Shown in pieces: positions 35,781 through 44,027 of a DNA stretch of 44,027 bases. Under the pieces are notes generated by a model. It was not told where the DNA came from. It ran no database searches and saw nothing but the letters and a program-made list of their open reading frames with translations. Made by a program: the position numbers and the translations under genes. Position 1 is the first letter of the stretch. Every line of letters begins with the position of its first letter. The DNA lies in the IMG/VR virus record IMGVR_UViG_3300043432_000246, positions 1-44,027 of that record, one strand, 5' to 3'. The DNA is from a virus. Taxonomy: Duplodnaviria > Caudoviricetes.

Positions 35781-36221
35781 ATGTGGAATAGAAATCTATT
35801 GGTATTAGCGTTGTTATTCTTGGTGGGACCGATGTGTCCGGCGCATGCGGACACGTTGGTGGATCAATTCTACGCAGGGTTTGTTGGGAACGCAAAATTC
35901 GCAATTGAATCGGACACGGATGGCCGAACGCGACCTGGTTTCCATGTGAATTACATTGAGATTGGAAATCTTAAGGGTGGCCATATCGCAGCGATTGATC
36001 TCGGCCTTGGAGGAACAATTCTTCCAGAAACAGCAAAATTCAGCGGCGCCGAATGGTCAAGCGGCGGAAAATTGCATCTCGCGCCGATCATCAAGAATTA
36101 CGTCAACTTGCCGGCGGGGGCCGAATTCCTCGGGAATCTTGAATTGGATTTTCGCGGGTCTTATAATTGGAGTTTGCACCACCCGTTTTATGGGATCGTT
36201 TGCGCCTATCCTTTCCGTTAA
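35781..36221 (+). CDS. Secreted beta-rich protein, possible small outer-membrane protein
   Basis: Signal peptide ending AHA|D; amphipathic strands; aromatic C-terminus (VCAYPFR). Confidence 0.6.
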   Translation: MWNRNLLVLALLFLVGPMCPAHADTLVDQFYAGFVGNAKFAIESDTDGRTRPGFHVNYIEIGNLKGGHIAAIDLGLGGTILPETAKFSGAEWSSGGKLHLAPIIKNYVNLPAGAEFLGNLELDFRGSYNWSLHHPFYGIVCAYPFR

Positions 36222-36262
36222 CAAATAGGTTTCCTGATTTTGATGGATTTAATTAAAAACCC

Positions 36263-36718
36263 ATGGAAACGAACCTATATCTTCAGAGGATAATATTCAC
36301 TGATGTCTCAACGATCGGAGACTTGACTTGGCAGGGCGGTGAATTTCAGTGTTCAATTCTTGAGGATACATGTCGTCACCGGGATATCAACAACAACCAA
36401 AAACTGGAAGCAAATGAAAAAGTGTACGGTAAAACTGCAATTCCAGCTGGACGATATGAGATCAAAATGCAGTGGTCGCAGCACTTCCAAAGGAAAATGC
36501 CATTTCTCCAAAATGTCCCATTGTTCAGCGGGGCGATGATCCATTGGGGAAATAAACCCGCGGACACTTTCGGCTGTTTGCTTGTTGGGGCCAAGACCGA
36601 TCAGCCCGATTGGATCAGTGAAAGCCAAAAATCGTACAACGAATTGGAGCCGAAAATTTTGGATGCGCTTTCAAAAGGACCGCTTTACATAAACATTACG
36701 GGGGGATATTCCGCTTAA
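36263..36718 (+). CDS. DUF5675-type putative endolysin
   Basis: STIG.L, LED, TAIPAGRY, P.LQNVP.FSG.MIHWGN...DTFGCLLVG motif set. Confidence 0.8.
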   Translation: METNLYLQRIIFTDVSTIGDLTWQGGEFQCSILEDTCRHRDINNNQKLEANEKVYGKTAIPAGRYEIKMQWSQHFQRKMPFLQNVPLFSGAMIHWGNKPADTFGCLLVGAKTDQPDWISESQKSYNELEPKILDALSKGPLYINITGGYSA

Positions 36719-37164
36719 TGAGCCAATTCCTTTCTACGCTCACAGGGGAGTGGTTGGATGATGTTCGATTCCGACTAACGCAACCGTTGATATATCAAAG
36801 TGATATATTGAAAAAAGAATTTCCGGAAATAAAAGATGGAATATTGGAAATCGTCGCCGGGTTTGTGACTGATTTTGCAAGCGTACCTCGGGTCCCAATC
36901 GCTTACGAATTGTTTGGGGATCGCGCCCACCATGAAAGCGTACCGCACGATTTCATGTACCAAACTCACATCGTCACCAAGCATATGGCGGATAGAATAT
37001 TTTTGGAGGCCATGGTCGTGCGGTCTAAACCCGTATACATCCGTGTTCCGATGTATTGGGGGGTCATCTTGGGGGGCACGAGTTCTTATAAGTCTGGGCC
37101 ATCGCGTTTCTTGGTATTGAATCTTGAAAAGGAGAACTCAGATGGCAGAACCAAACCAACCTGA
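36718..37164 (+). CDS. DUF1353-type protein
   Basis: AGFVTDFASVPR, HDFMY and ADRIFLEAM. Confidence 0.85.
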   Translation: MSQFLSTLTGEWLDDVRFRLTQPLIYQSDILKKEFPEIKDGILEIVAGFVTDFASVPRVPIAYELFGDRAHHESVPHDFMYQTHIVTKHMADRIFLEAMVVRSKPVYIRVPMYWGVILGGTSSYKSGPSRFLVLNLEKENSDGRTKPT

Positions 37165-37453
37165 ATTTCCGGGAATCCCGGTAGAACCAAATCTTGCGTG
37201 GAATCCCGGCGTGGACTTTAAGAAAGTGGCGTGGGGAACCTCAAAGTTGCTGGCAGCCAAAGCTATGGCGATCCCGGTCCTTGGTCCGTTTCTGGGCGCT
37301 TTTAATGAATTAGGCGCATCCCTCCAGCCATATGGTCTCTATTTTCACGCGGACGCCACTTTGCTGGCACAGGGCTTGCAGATTGCCCTCTTTATGGGGC
37401 TGGTGGCCATTCACGACGTTGCGCGCCTTAAAACGGGCTACAAGTGGTTGTGA
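37142..37453 (+). CDS. Membrane protein (holin candidate)
   Basis: AAGGAG RBS before ATG 37142; two hydrophobic segments and a basic C-terminus. Confidence 0.55.
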   Translation: MAEPNQPEFPGIPVEPNLAWNPGVDFKKVAWGTSKLLAAKAMAIPVLGPFLGAFNELGASLQPYGLYFHADATLLAQGLQIALFMGLVAIHDVARLKTGYKWL

Positions 37454-37819
37454 CGTGAATGGAACTCATTATCCAAGAAATCCTGAGATAATCTTCGGAG
37501 TTGGAAGGTGGCCGGCGGATGGCTCGTAACAAACCACACTCACATAAAACAAGGCGGTATTCACGATGCTACATCGGAATCCATAGCCTTTGTTCCAGAT
37601 CCGGACCACGATTGGGTGCTTGAATGATGCTGGCGAAACTGCCTTGGTGGACCGAATGCGTTCTCGAGATTGTTGATATCGGCCAGCACTCGATCTGGGG
37701 CCGCATTCGCGACAGAAAGAATCTGTCCATTATCCGCATCGAAGGCTTCTTTGATCTCAATGAGCCCTGGATAATTATGCCGATGGTTTGCATGTCCAAC
37801 CAAAACTAAAAAATAATCC

Positions 37820-37849
37820 TTGCATCCGTAATTAATTCCGTTGTATATT
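37820..37849 (+). promoter_or_regulatory. Sigma70-like promoter with operator CGTAATTAATTCCG
   Basis: TTGCAT-18 bp-TATATT upstream of yqaJ/recT; operator at 37827-37840. Confidence 0.7.
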
Positions 37850-37882
37850 CCCTTCGTAGTCAAAACACAGGAGGAGAATGAA

Positions 37883-38803
37883 ATGCTTACAGACGAGAAA
37901 TTAAGAGAGAGAATTAATTACATTGGCGCCAGTGAATGTGCGGGTGTGCTTGGACTTTCCAAATGGCAAACTCCATTATCGGTGTGGGCGCAAAAGACCG
38001 GACAGCTTCAACCCAGCAAAGAAGAAACGCTGGCCATGTGGTGGGGCTCCGAGCTTGAGGACGCAGTAGCCAAGCGGTTCATGAAAGAAACAGGGAAGAA
38101 AGTTCACCGCGTGAACGAAACCGTTTACCATCCCAAATTCAACTTCATTGCGGCAAACTTGGATCGGCGCGTGGTGGGCGAAGATGCCATATTGGAATGT
38201 AAAACCGCGTCGGTTTGGAAATCGAAGGAATGGGAGGGAGAAGAAATCCCGCAAGAATACATCCTGCAATGCTACCACGAATTGGCGGTTAGCGGTAAAC
38301 AGAAATGCTATTTGGCCGTTGCAATCGGGAACCAATCATTTCATATTAAAGAAATTGTGCGTGATGAAAAGATTATTGCCGACATCATCATGCGCGAAGT
38401 TCATTTCTGGAACGATTATGTTCTGACTGATATCCCGCCGGAAGTGGTTACAAAGAATGACACTGATACGCTTGATGCGCTCTATCCTCAGGCGTTCATA
38501 GGAAGCGAAGTACGGCTTCCGGACACAGCAAGTCAGCTTGTTGAAAACCTTCAATCCTATAAACAGGATTTGAAAAACGTTGAGTCTTTGATTGAACAAA
38601 CCGAGAACGAGCTTAAGGCCATGATTAAGGAAAACGAGGTGGGTGTAACTCCTCTCTATCGTGTGGGTTGGACCAATTCAAAATGGTCGGGCCTGGACGG
38701 AAAAGCGCTCAAAGAAGAAATGCCCGAGATTCATGCAAAGTTCTACAGATCAAAACCAATCCGAAGATTCGCATACAAAAAAATAAACTCAGAGGAGAAA
38801 TAA
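37883..38803 (+). CDS. YqaJ-like viral recombinase exonuclease
   Basis: IGASE, WG..LE..VA, ANLDR, LECKTA and Y..QC.H motifs; GGAGGAG RBS. Confidence 0.93.
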   Translation: MLTDEKLRERINYIGASECAGVLGLSKWQTPLSVWAQKTGQLQPSKEETLAMWWGSELEDAVAKRFMKETGKKVHRVNETVYHPKFNFIAANLDRRVVGEDAILECKTASVWKSKEWEGEEIPQEYILQCYHELAVSGKQKCYLAVAIGNQSFHIKEIVRDEKIIADIIMREVHFWNDYVLTDIPPEVVTKNDTDTLDALYPQAFIGSEVRLPDTASQLVENLQSYKQDLKNVESLIEQTENELKAMIKENEVGVTPLYRVGWTNSKWSGLDGKALKEEMPEIHAKFYRSKPIRRFAYKKINSEEK

Positions 38804-38804
38804 A

Positions 38805-39626
38805 ATGGCACAGACAAAAGACATCGCAACAAAGGTATCAACGGGCTCGGCGCTGCAACCTGGGCAAAGACTCTCATCGCTCTTGGACCGCGTGGACATC
38901 CGTAAGCGGTTCGAGGACATTCTTGGCAAGAAGGCGCCGGCGTTTATCTCAAGCATCATTTCAGTGGCAAACTCGAATGACGCTTTGCGTGCGTGCGATC
39001 CCATGTCGATCATTAGCGCAGCTGCAATCGCCGCGGCGCTGGATATGCCCGTGAACCCGAGCCTCGGGTTTGCGTACATCATTCCCTACAAAGGCAAGGC
39101 ACAATTCCAGATTGGCTACAAAGGATTCATTCAGTTGGCGATCCGGAGCGGTGAATACAAAACCATCAACGCCACCGAAGTATATGGGGACGAGATCAAG
39201 GTCTGGAATCCGATCACAGCAGAAATTGAATTCACGGACTCAAAGACGTGGAAGCAACGCGATGAAGGAAAGAAAGACAAGGTTGTGGGCTACGTGGCTT
39301 TCTTCCGGCTCCGACAAGGATTCGAGAAATTCATCTACATGACCAAGGGCCAAGTGAACGCGCACGCGAAGCGTTACAGCCAGAGCTTCGGCAAAGAGTA
39401 CGGTCCTTGGAAAACGCACTTGGATGAAATGTCGATCAAAACGCCGCTCAAACTTCTGCTCTCAAAGTTTGGTGTCCTCTCAATAGAAATGCAGAAAGCT
39501 GTCACCTACGATCAGGGAGTTATCACTGAAACACCTCAAGGCGAGACAGTTGAATTCCCGGACAATGAAGCGCAGGAAGCACAAGTGGTTGAACCAGACG
39601 AAGCAAACGACGCAATAAACGGATAA
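38805..39626 (+). CDS. recT: RecT-family single-strand annealing recombinase
   Basis: LGFAYIIPY...AQFQIGYKGFIQLAIRSG, GYVAFF and W....DEM..KT; adjacent to YqaJ. Confidence 0.93.
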   Translation: MAQTKDIATKVSTGSALQPGQRLSSLLDRVDIRKRFEDILGKKAPAFISSIISVANSNDALRACDPMSIISAAAIAAALDMPVNPSLGFAYIIPYKGKAQFQIGYKGFIQLAIRSGEYKTINATEVYGDEIKVWNPITAEIEFTDSKTWKQRDEGKKDKVVGYVAFFRLRQGFEKFIYMTKGQVNAHAKRYSQSFGKEYGPWKTHLDEMSIKTPLKLLLSKFGVLSIEMQKAVTYDQGVITETPQGETVEFPDNEAQEAQVVEPDEANDAING

Positions 39627-39709
39627 TATATTCGCGCGGAGCATGTCGGGTACATTCGCTCGTTAATCTGGCCGCGCCGGGAGAAACATGCTGCTATCCC
39701 GGTATCAAT

Positions 39710-40102
39710 TTGAGGATAAAAATGGAACGTCGATCGAGTCTTAAATATTGGCGCACAAAGAAGCGCCCGCGGGACGGACAGAGTAATGCGAAATCTGGCT
39801 ACTGCCTGACATATCACTGGCATCAATCAGGGCTCGAAATAAAAACTTGCGACGAACTCAGACTGCGAAAGATCGCCGGCGACATTCTTGATTATGAAAC
39901 TCAGAAACGAGTCAAACTCGAACTCGGTGGGCATTACCTCGGGAGCATGTATGTTGATTTCCTTGTTCACGAAACAGACGGCACGTTTGAATTTCTGGAA
40001 TCAAAAGGAATAGCTTTCGCAAAATGGAAAAGGGATTGGCCGATTCTTCAAGTCATGTACAAGGACAGACCAGAATATAAATTCAGGGTGGTTTACAAAT
40101 GA
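39710..40102 (+). CDS. DUF1064-like PD-(D/E)xK nuclease
   Basis: S.LE....EL.L...AG.I...E.Q, Y.VDF and E.KG motifs; start uncertain (ATG at 39722 possible). Confidence 0.7.
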   Translation: MRIKMERRSSLKYWRTKKRPRDGQSNAKSGYCLTYHWHQSGLEIKTCDELRLRKIAGDILDYETQKRVKLELGGHYLGSMYVDFLVHETDGTFEFLESKGIAFAKWKRDWPILQVMYKDRPEYKFRVVYK

Positions 40103-40226
40103 TATTTATTGAAGATTGTCGCGCTGCCAGCGAATACGAGAATGATGAGTGGGCGTCCGTGATTCCATTTCCTCGACGGCTGATGTCTTGGCGCCGCTTG
40201 CTTGGGCCACTGTGGGAATTTTTTAG

Positions 40227-40254
40227 TTGACAAATCGAAATGAATTTCTAAAAT
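40227..40254 (+). promoter_or_regulatory. Sigma70-like promoter
   Basis: TTGACA-16 bp-TAAAAT. Confidence 0.55.
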
Positions 40255-40346
40255 AAAAAAATGAAATTGAAATCCGCCAGCAACGCACACTATTTGCGCC
40301 CAGGTTTTTCCCTGGCGGGTTTCTCCTGGTGCCAATTCACAACAAG

Positions 40347-40380
40347 AACCTCACTATCCTTCGGGATGGTGGGGTTTTTT
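40347..40380 (+). terminator. Terminator with cUUCGg tetraloop
   Basis: AACCTCACTATCC-TTCG-GGATGGTGGGGTT followed by a T run. Confidence 0.7.
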
Positions 40381-40385
40381 GTTTT

Positions 40386-40434
40386 AGGCCGGTCCGTTCA
40401 ACTCTATGAGGGAGTGACGCGGACCGGTCTTTTT
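40386..40434 (+). terminator. Second tandem terminator-like hairpin
   Basis: AGGCCGGTCCG.../...CGGACCGGTCT followed by TTTT. Confidence 0.6.
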
Positions 40435-40807
40435 ATTTTGGGGAGCCCAGAAATGGGTTGGCGTTTGAGTTATCGGTTAAGAGCCATGAAATACTGGCCG
40501 CCAAAATTTTCTCGCATGCGCGCAAAAAACCTTCCCCATTAATTTTTTAGTCACTGGCTTCGTTCAAACGCTCTTTGCTGTGCCAGAACAAAACAAGCGA
40601 AAGAATCGAATATCTGTAAGAAATCTGTTTTTTAGATTCTCGGTGGAACGGGGATAGTAAAACACCGAGCAGGATGGGGGGAGCGCATTAAGTTCGGCTC
40701 GGCCACTACGATTACTACCTGGGTAACGTATCGCCTAAACACTTAACAACAGTCATGGGTTGGTCATGAGGGGGAAGTCTTATCCCCTGATAGGGGGATT
40801 ATTTAAG

Positions 40808-41278
40808 ATGACAAGTTCACTGCAAATTAAGAAACAATTAAATCGTAGCGAATTCGATCAATTCAGAATGAGTCGTAGACAAAGCCTGTTACGAAAATCT
40901 TCTTACTTTGAAAGGACTCTGGTTGATTGGGTGGAATTGGTTTCAATAAAACTAAAAGATTTTTACCGCTTTGAGATTATTCCACAAAGCAGTCGATTCA
41001 TTAAAGGATACGGACTCGTTTACATGGATATTTTCCTAAGAGTGATATGCCGTCCTGAAAAATTTGGCGTAGATCATGGCATGAAATTTTGTGTAGAGCT
41101 CGATGAACCATATCACGATTCTGAAAGACAAAAAACATTAGATCGCGGACGCGAAGCGGCTATTCAAAAAAAGCACCCATCGATTCGTATCGTCAGAATA
41201 AAATTAGCTGACATGGAAAATCAGGCGAAGGTTATTGATACCTTAACAACAGCTTTTGATTGGTGGTCGTTGAAGTGA
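40808..41278 (+). CDS. DUF559/Vsr-like endonuclease-domain protein
   Basis: S.FE, Q, Y.DIF, CVELD..YH, D..R and IVRI pattern; GGGGG RBS before ATG 40808. Confidence 0.65.
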   Translation: MTSSLQIKKQLNRSEFDQFRMSRRQSLLRKSSYFERTLVDWVELVSIKLKDFYRFEIIPQSSRFIKGYGLVYMDIFLRVICRPEKFGVDHGMKFCVELDEPYHDSERQKTLDRGREAAIQKKHPSIRIVRIKLADMENQAKVIDTLTTAFDWWSLK

Positions 41279-41631
41279 AGAAAAAAACGAGCCCATATTT
41301 TCCAGTTCTGATCGAGCACATCGACAAAAGCTGGCTGAAAATTAAAGGCATGCACTATCCGTTCGCCGGGAAAGACTTCAAAGACCTCAAGGGGTTCAGC
41401 CGCAGTTTTCAGGAATGGGGAGTCATGGCTCTCTGGGATGCGTTCATGGCCTCTGATAGCGAATGGGTGCGCAAATCAGGGTATTCTATTGGGGCCTTCG
41501 TTAAATGCCTTCCTTGGCTGGTTGACGATCCGGGCTGGAAACGACAAGCAAAAACGTATGAAGAAAAAATGGTTCAACCATTAACACCGGAAATCGAAAC
41601 ACTTTTTGGAAATTGGAAAATCGCCCCATAA
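41260..41631 (+). CDS. Hypothetical helical protein (possibly replication-related)
   Basis: ORF coupled to its neighbours; start uncertain (GTG 41275 possible). Confidence 0.6.
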   Translation: MVVVEVKKKTSPYFPVLIEHIDKSWLKIKGMHYPFAGKDFKDLKGFSRSFQEWGVMALWDAFMASDSEWVRKSGYSIGAFVKCLPWLVDDPGWKRQAKTYEEKMVQPLTPEIETLFGNWKIAP

Positions 41632-41641
41632 GGAGAATAAC

Positions 41642-42025
41642 ATGCCAACAGGCTTTGACGTCGAAACAGGTTCCAATCTTTCAAAGAAGTTGCTGTCGCT
41701 GGCACCAGTCCTGTTAAAGTACCTGGCCACGGAAAGAGAACAGCGCGCCAGAGGTCCAGAAAATCCACTCTTGAGTCCCGAGATCGAAACGCACTTTCTC
41801 ACCTATAACCAAAAACTTATTGGATCAGAAATTCGCGCCATGGTGAATTACTTACGAAGAAACAAGTCCCCGATCGGAAGCAACGCCGGCGGATATTTTT
41901 TGGCAGTAAGCCGGCAGGAACTTGATTTTACCGTGAATCATCTCCAAGAAAGAATCTCCGCCATTAACTCCGCCGTGCAAGGACTTATCCATTCGTTTGA
42001 CGACAAAGATCAAATGCTTTTGTAG
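41642..42025 (+). CDS. Winged-helix DNA-binding protein
   Basis: IRAMVNYLRR...PIGS..GGYF...QE pattern; AAGGAG RBS before ATG 41642. Confidence 0.7.
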   Translation: MPTGFDVETGSNLSKKLLSLAPVLLKYLATEREQRARGPENPLLSPEIETHFLTYNQKLIGSEIRAMVNYLRRNKSPIGSNAGGYFLAVSRQELDFTVNHLQERISAINSAVQGLIHSFDDKDQMLL

Positions 42026-42026
42026 C

Positions 42027-42055
42027 TTGACACACGTAATTAATTACGGTATAAG
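42027..42055 (+). promoter_or_regulatory. Sigma70-like promoter with perfect palindrome CGTAATTAATTACG
   Basis: TTGACA-17 bp-TATAAG; palindrome at 42035-42048. Confidence 0.8.
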
Positions 42056-42233
42056 AAAGCATGAAAAATAAAATCAAAACAATATCACGAAAGGAATGGG
42101 ACGAGATTTGGTTTCAGACTCGTTTTATTCCGTGGTGGAACATAGGCCGCAAGGAAACAGAAAAGAATATTCAAAAACTGGTCAACGACACCCTGCGCCG
42201 CAAACAAGCAAAGACCCAAAAGAGGAGAAAGAA

Positions 42234-42416
42234 ATGAGGCGAGGTTATCCAAAATGGATTTGCTGTAAATGTGGGGAGAGGTACGGGAATCATCGCAGCG
42301 GACTATCCACCTTTCATGTTGGAATCTGCGGTTGGTGTAAAACCAAGCAATCGGTCACGGAAAGCCGTGACTTTAGATACCCGCCATTGCCCACAGGGAA
42401 AGGAAAGAAGAAATGA
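42234..42416 (+). CDS. Small zinc-finger protein
   Basis: GAGGAG RBS; WICCKCG...STFH.GICGWC...VTE.RDF.Y. Confidence 0.65.
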   Translation: MRRGYPKWICCKCGERYGNHRSGLSTFHVGICGWCKTKQSVTESRDFRYPPLPTGKGKKK

Positions 42417-43039
42417 ATTCTCATAGATGGACAAGACGAGGGCATATCTGCGGTGATAAAAGATTTTTAATTTTTAGAATTTGCTGTGAAAGGAACTGGA
42501 AGAAAGTGAATTGCCCAGAATGTCTCAAGAAACGAAAGCCATTGAGGAGGAAGAAGTGCTTGAACGGGTAATGACAATGTTCTGTATTTTAGGTTCAGCG
42601 ATAACATTTGGAATTTGGCAACACGATCTAATGGCTGGAAGTTTCATGCTGTTCTTTTTGTGTTCATTTCTGTGGTTATCAGATTGCAAATAGGGCCATT
42701 GAGGAGACGGGGGAAGAAGTGAAAGTTCATAAATTTAAATATTGGAGTTTTGGCCCTAATGCGTGGTGCGGAAATGGTCATTTCGGAAAAGAGATTAAGT
42801 GTTCGCGTTTTTGGAATGAAACAACTTGTGGACATTGTCTCAAGAAACGAAAGCCCAAGAGAAGTAGGGCGAGATAGATTTGCTGGTACGAGCCTTCGCG
42901 TTGGCAGGCGGTTTGTCGGTTCTGTTGACAGGGCGCAATCCCTGCCATGTGTGGTCGCCAAACTGTAAATAATCCGGCAGTGAAAATCTGCTACCAGCAA
43001 TAACTTTAAGCAGGAAGAATAGATTTGCCGTTGCATTGA

Positions 43040-43272
43040 GGGCTATCGTCACCAAGACGTAGCGTAAGGTTAGGCCGCTGAAACTGGATAGCTTGTAGAC
43101 CTTTGGTCAGAGCGGGAGTGGCTTACAAGCCAGCAACATTACGCAGTAGAGCGACCTGAACAACGGCACAGCGGAGCAGGGGTTAACGTGACTCCTGAAA
43201 CTAAGATAGAAGTGCCTGTGTCCGAAAGGGCCGCGCATGGAAAGTGTGGTTCAAATCCACCGCCTGGCCCCA
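43040..43272 (+). ncRNA. tRNA-like, expanded structured RNA candidate
   Basis: GGGCTA/TGGCCC closing stem, CGTC/GACG hairpin, GCGTAA/TTACGC arm, GGCAC/GTGCC arm, GNRA hairpin, T-arm GTGG-TTCAAAT-CCAC, ending CCA. Confidence 0.4.
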
Positions 43273-43387
43273 ATTCGCCGCCGATGACCTCTATCGGGAG
43301 AAGCGGAGCAAGAGGATGCCATGTACAGGGTAGCGTGATTTCTCTTAGCGGCATTACTTTGACTCACAAAAACAGGGAGAGGTGGAT

Positions 43388-43765
43388 ATGGGAATAAATG
43401 CGATGATTTATTTTACCAGTGATAAAGAAAATCCAGAATTTGAATGGGGCGATCTACAGGGCGCTACTTACAAAAAGATTAGCGATCCATATGATGTCAA
43501 AGAAGCAACTCATCGAGTTGATCTGATTGGGAATAATCGTTTCTATGGACAAGGATATGAGCGCGGAGTTTGGCCTACGATTTGTGGCGTGTTGATGGAT
43601 TTGTTTGCTTCCAAAGACATCACAAAGGTTTTTTATGGCGGAGATGAAGAAGGTGCTTCTGAAATAACACCCGAAGATGTTTGCGAAATAAGTTTGCACT
43701 ACATGAAAAACGGGAATCGCCCATCGTGGAATTCTCAAGCAATCAACCATCGCCCAGGAGAACAA
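43388..43765 (+). CDS. Hypothetical protein reading in-frame into the repeat gene
   Basis: GAGGTGG RBS before ATG 43388; no stop codon before the second RBS/ATG at 43766. Confidence 0.6.
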
Positions 43766-44026
43766 ATGAAAAAGTTAATTATCGACGAGAAGTATCCAGG
43801 CCTAAAAAAGAATCAGTACGGATCCTACGAATTCCAAGGATCAATCGAATTTGATGGCGACATAGAAATAAAGTTCGATCATTGGTTGATTGTCAGCGGG
43901 GGCATCAAGGCAGGCGGTGGCATCAAGGCGGGCGGGGGCATCGAGGCGGGCCATGGCATCAAGGCGGGCTGGGGCATCGAGGCGGGCGAGGGCATCAAGG
44001 CAGGCGTTGGCATCGAGGCCGGCTAG
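43766..44026 (+). CDS. 5' part of GI[K/E]AGx repeat protein
   Basis: AGGAG RBS; MKKLIIDEKYPGL...LIVSG followed by repeats; likely continues at position 2. Confidence 0.75.
   Translation: MKKLIIDEKYPGLKKNQYGSYEFQGSIEFDGDIEIKFDHWLIVSGGIKAGGGIKAGGGIEAGHGIKAGWGIEAGEGIKAGVGIEAG
43901..44026 (+). repeat. Seven units of the same 18-bp repeat
   Basis: Variable codons GGT, GGG, CAT, TGG, GAG, GTT and TAG. Confidence 0.95.
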
Positions 44027-44027
44027 G

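Noticed and set aside
27647-37800. Diversity-generating retroelement as in BPP-1
   Set aside because: No reverse transcriptase ORF in the track, and I saw no TR/VR pair differing at adenines.
43197-43272. Canonical tRNA gene
   Set aside because: T-arm and CCA are present, but the preceding ~50 nt do not form acceptor, D and anticodon arms at tRNA spacing; kept only as a tRNA-like candidate.
42644-43397. ORFs 42750-42968, 43188-43397, 43139-43354 and 42644-43036
   Set aside because: Weak start context and atypical composition; the region is better explained by very short ORFs and structured RNA.
44024-44026. TAG stop-codon reassignment
   Set aside because: Long genes are intact under code 11, and TAG terminates the adaptor (15842) and GNAT (19267) genes right before the next ATG.

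Overview
The window appears to be a complete or near-complete ~44 kb tailed-phage genome with podovirus-type, BPP-1/APSE-like head and tail gene order. Both ends break inside the same 18-bp tandem-repeat gene, which suggests a circular or permuted assembly. All phage genes are on the + strand. Gene order: small accessory genes, including a C5 DNA methyltransferase-like gene and an RHH regulator (1-7440); terminases, portal, scaffold, capsid, cement, adaptor, nozzle, GNAT and three ejection proteins, the last a 2033-aa polyvalent protein (7565-27581); four S/T/G-rich fibre/appendage-type genes (27647-34954); a lysis region (35364-37453); YqaJ/RecT and nucleases (37883-41278); then small genes and structured non-coding DNA. 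A complete IS1595-family element with two passenger ORFs (5717-7136, 8-bp TSD) interrupts a small gene. The most unusual observations are: (i) all four consecutive fibre-type proteins begin with Sec-type signal peptides; (ii) three sigma70-like promoters share a 14-bp palindromic operator in the spacer; (iii) the methyltransferase contains a C11 tract; (iv) several tRNA-like or highly structured ncRNA candidates are present. I saw no integrase, CI-like repressor, replicative polymerase, helicase, primase or reverse transcriptase. Family assignments come from recalled motifs and synteny, not from database searches.
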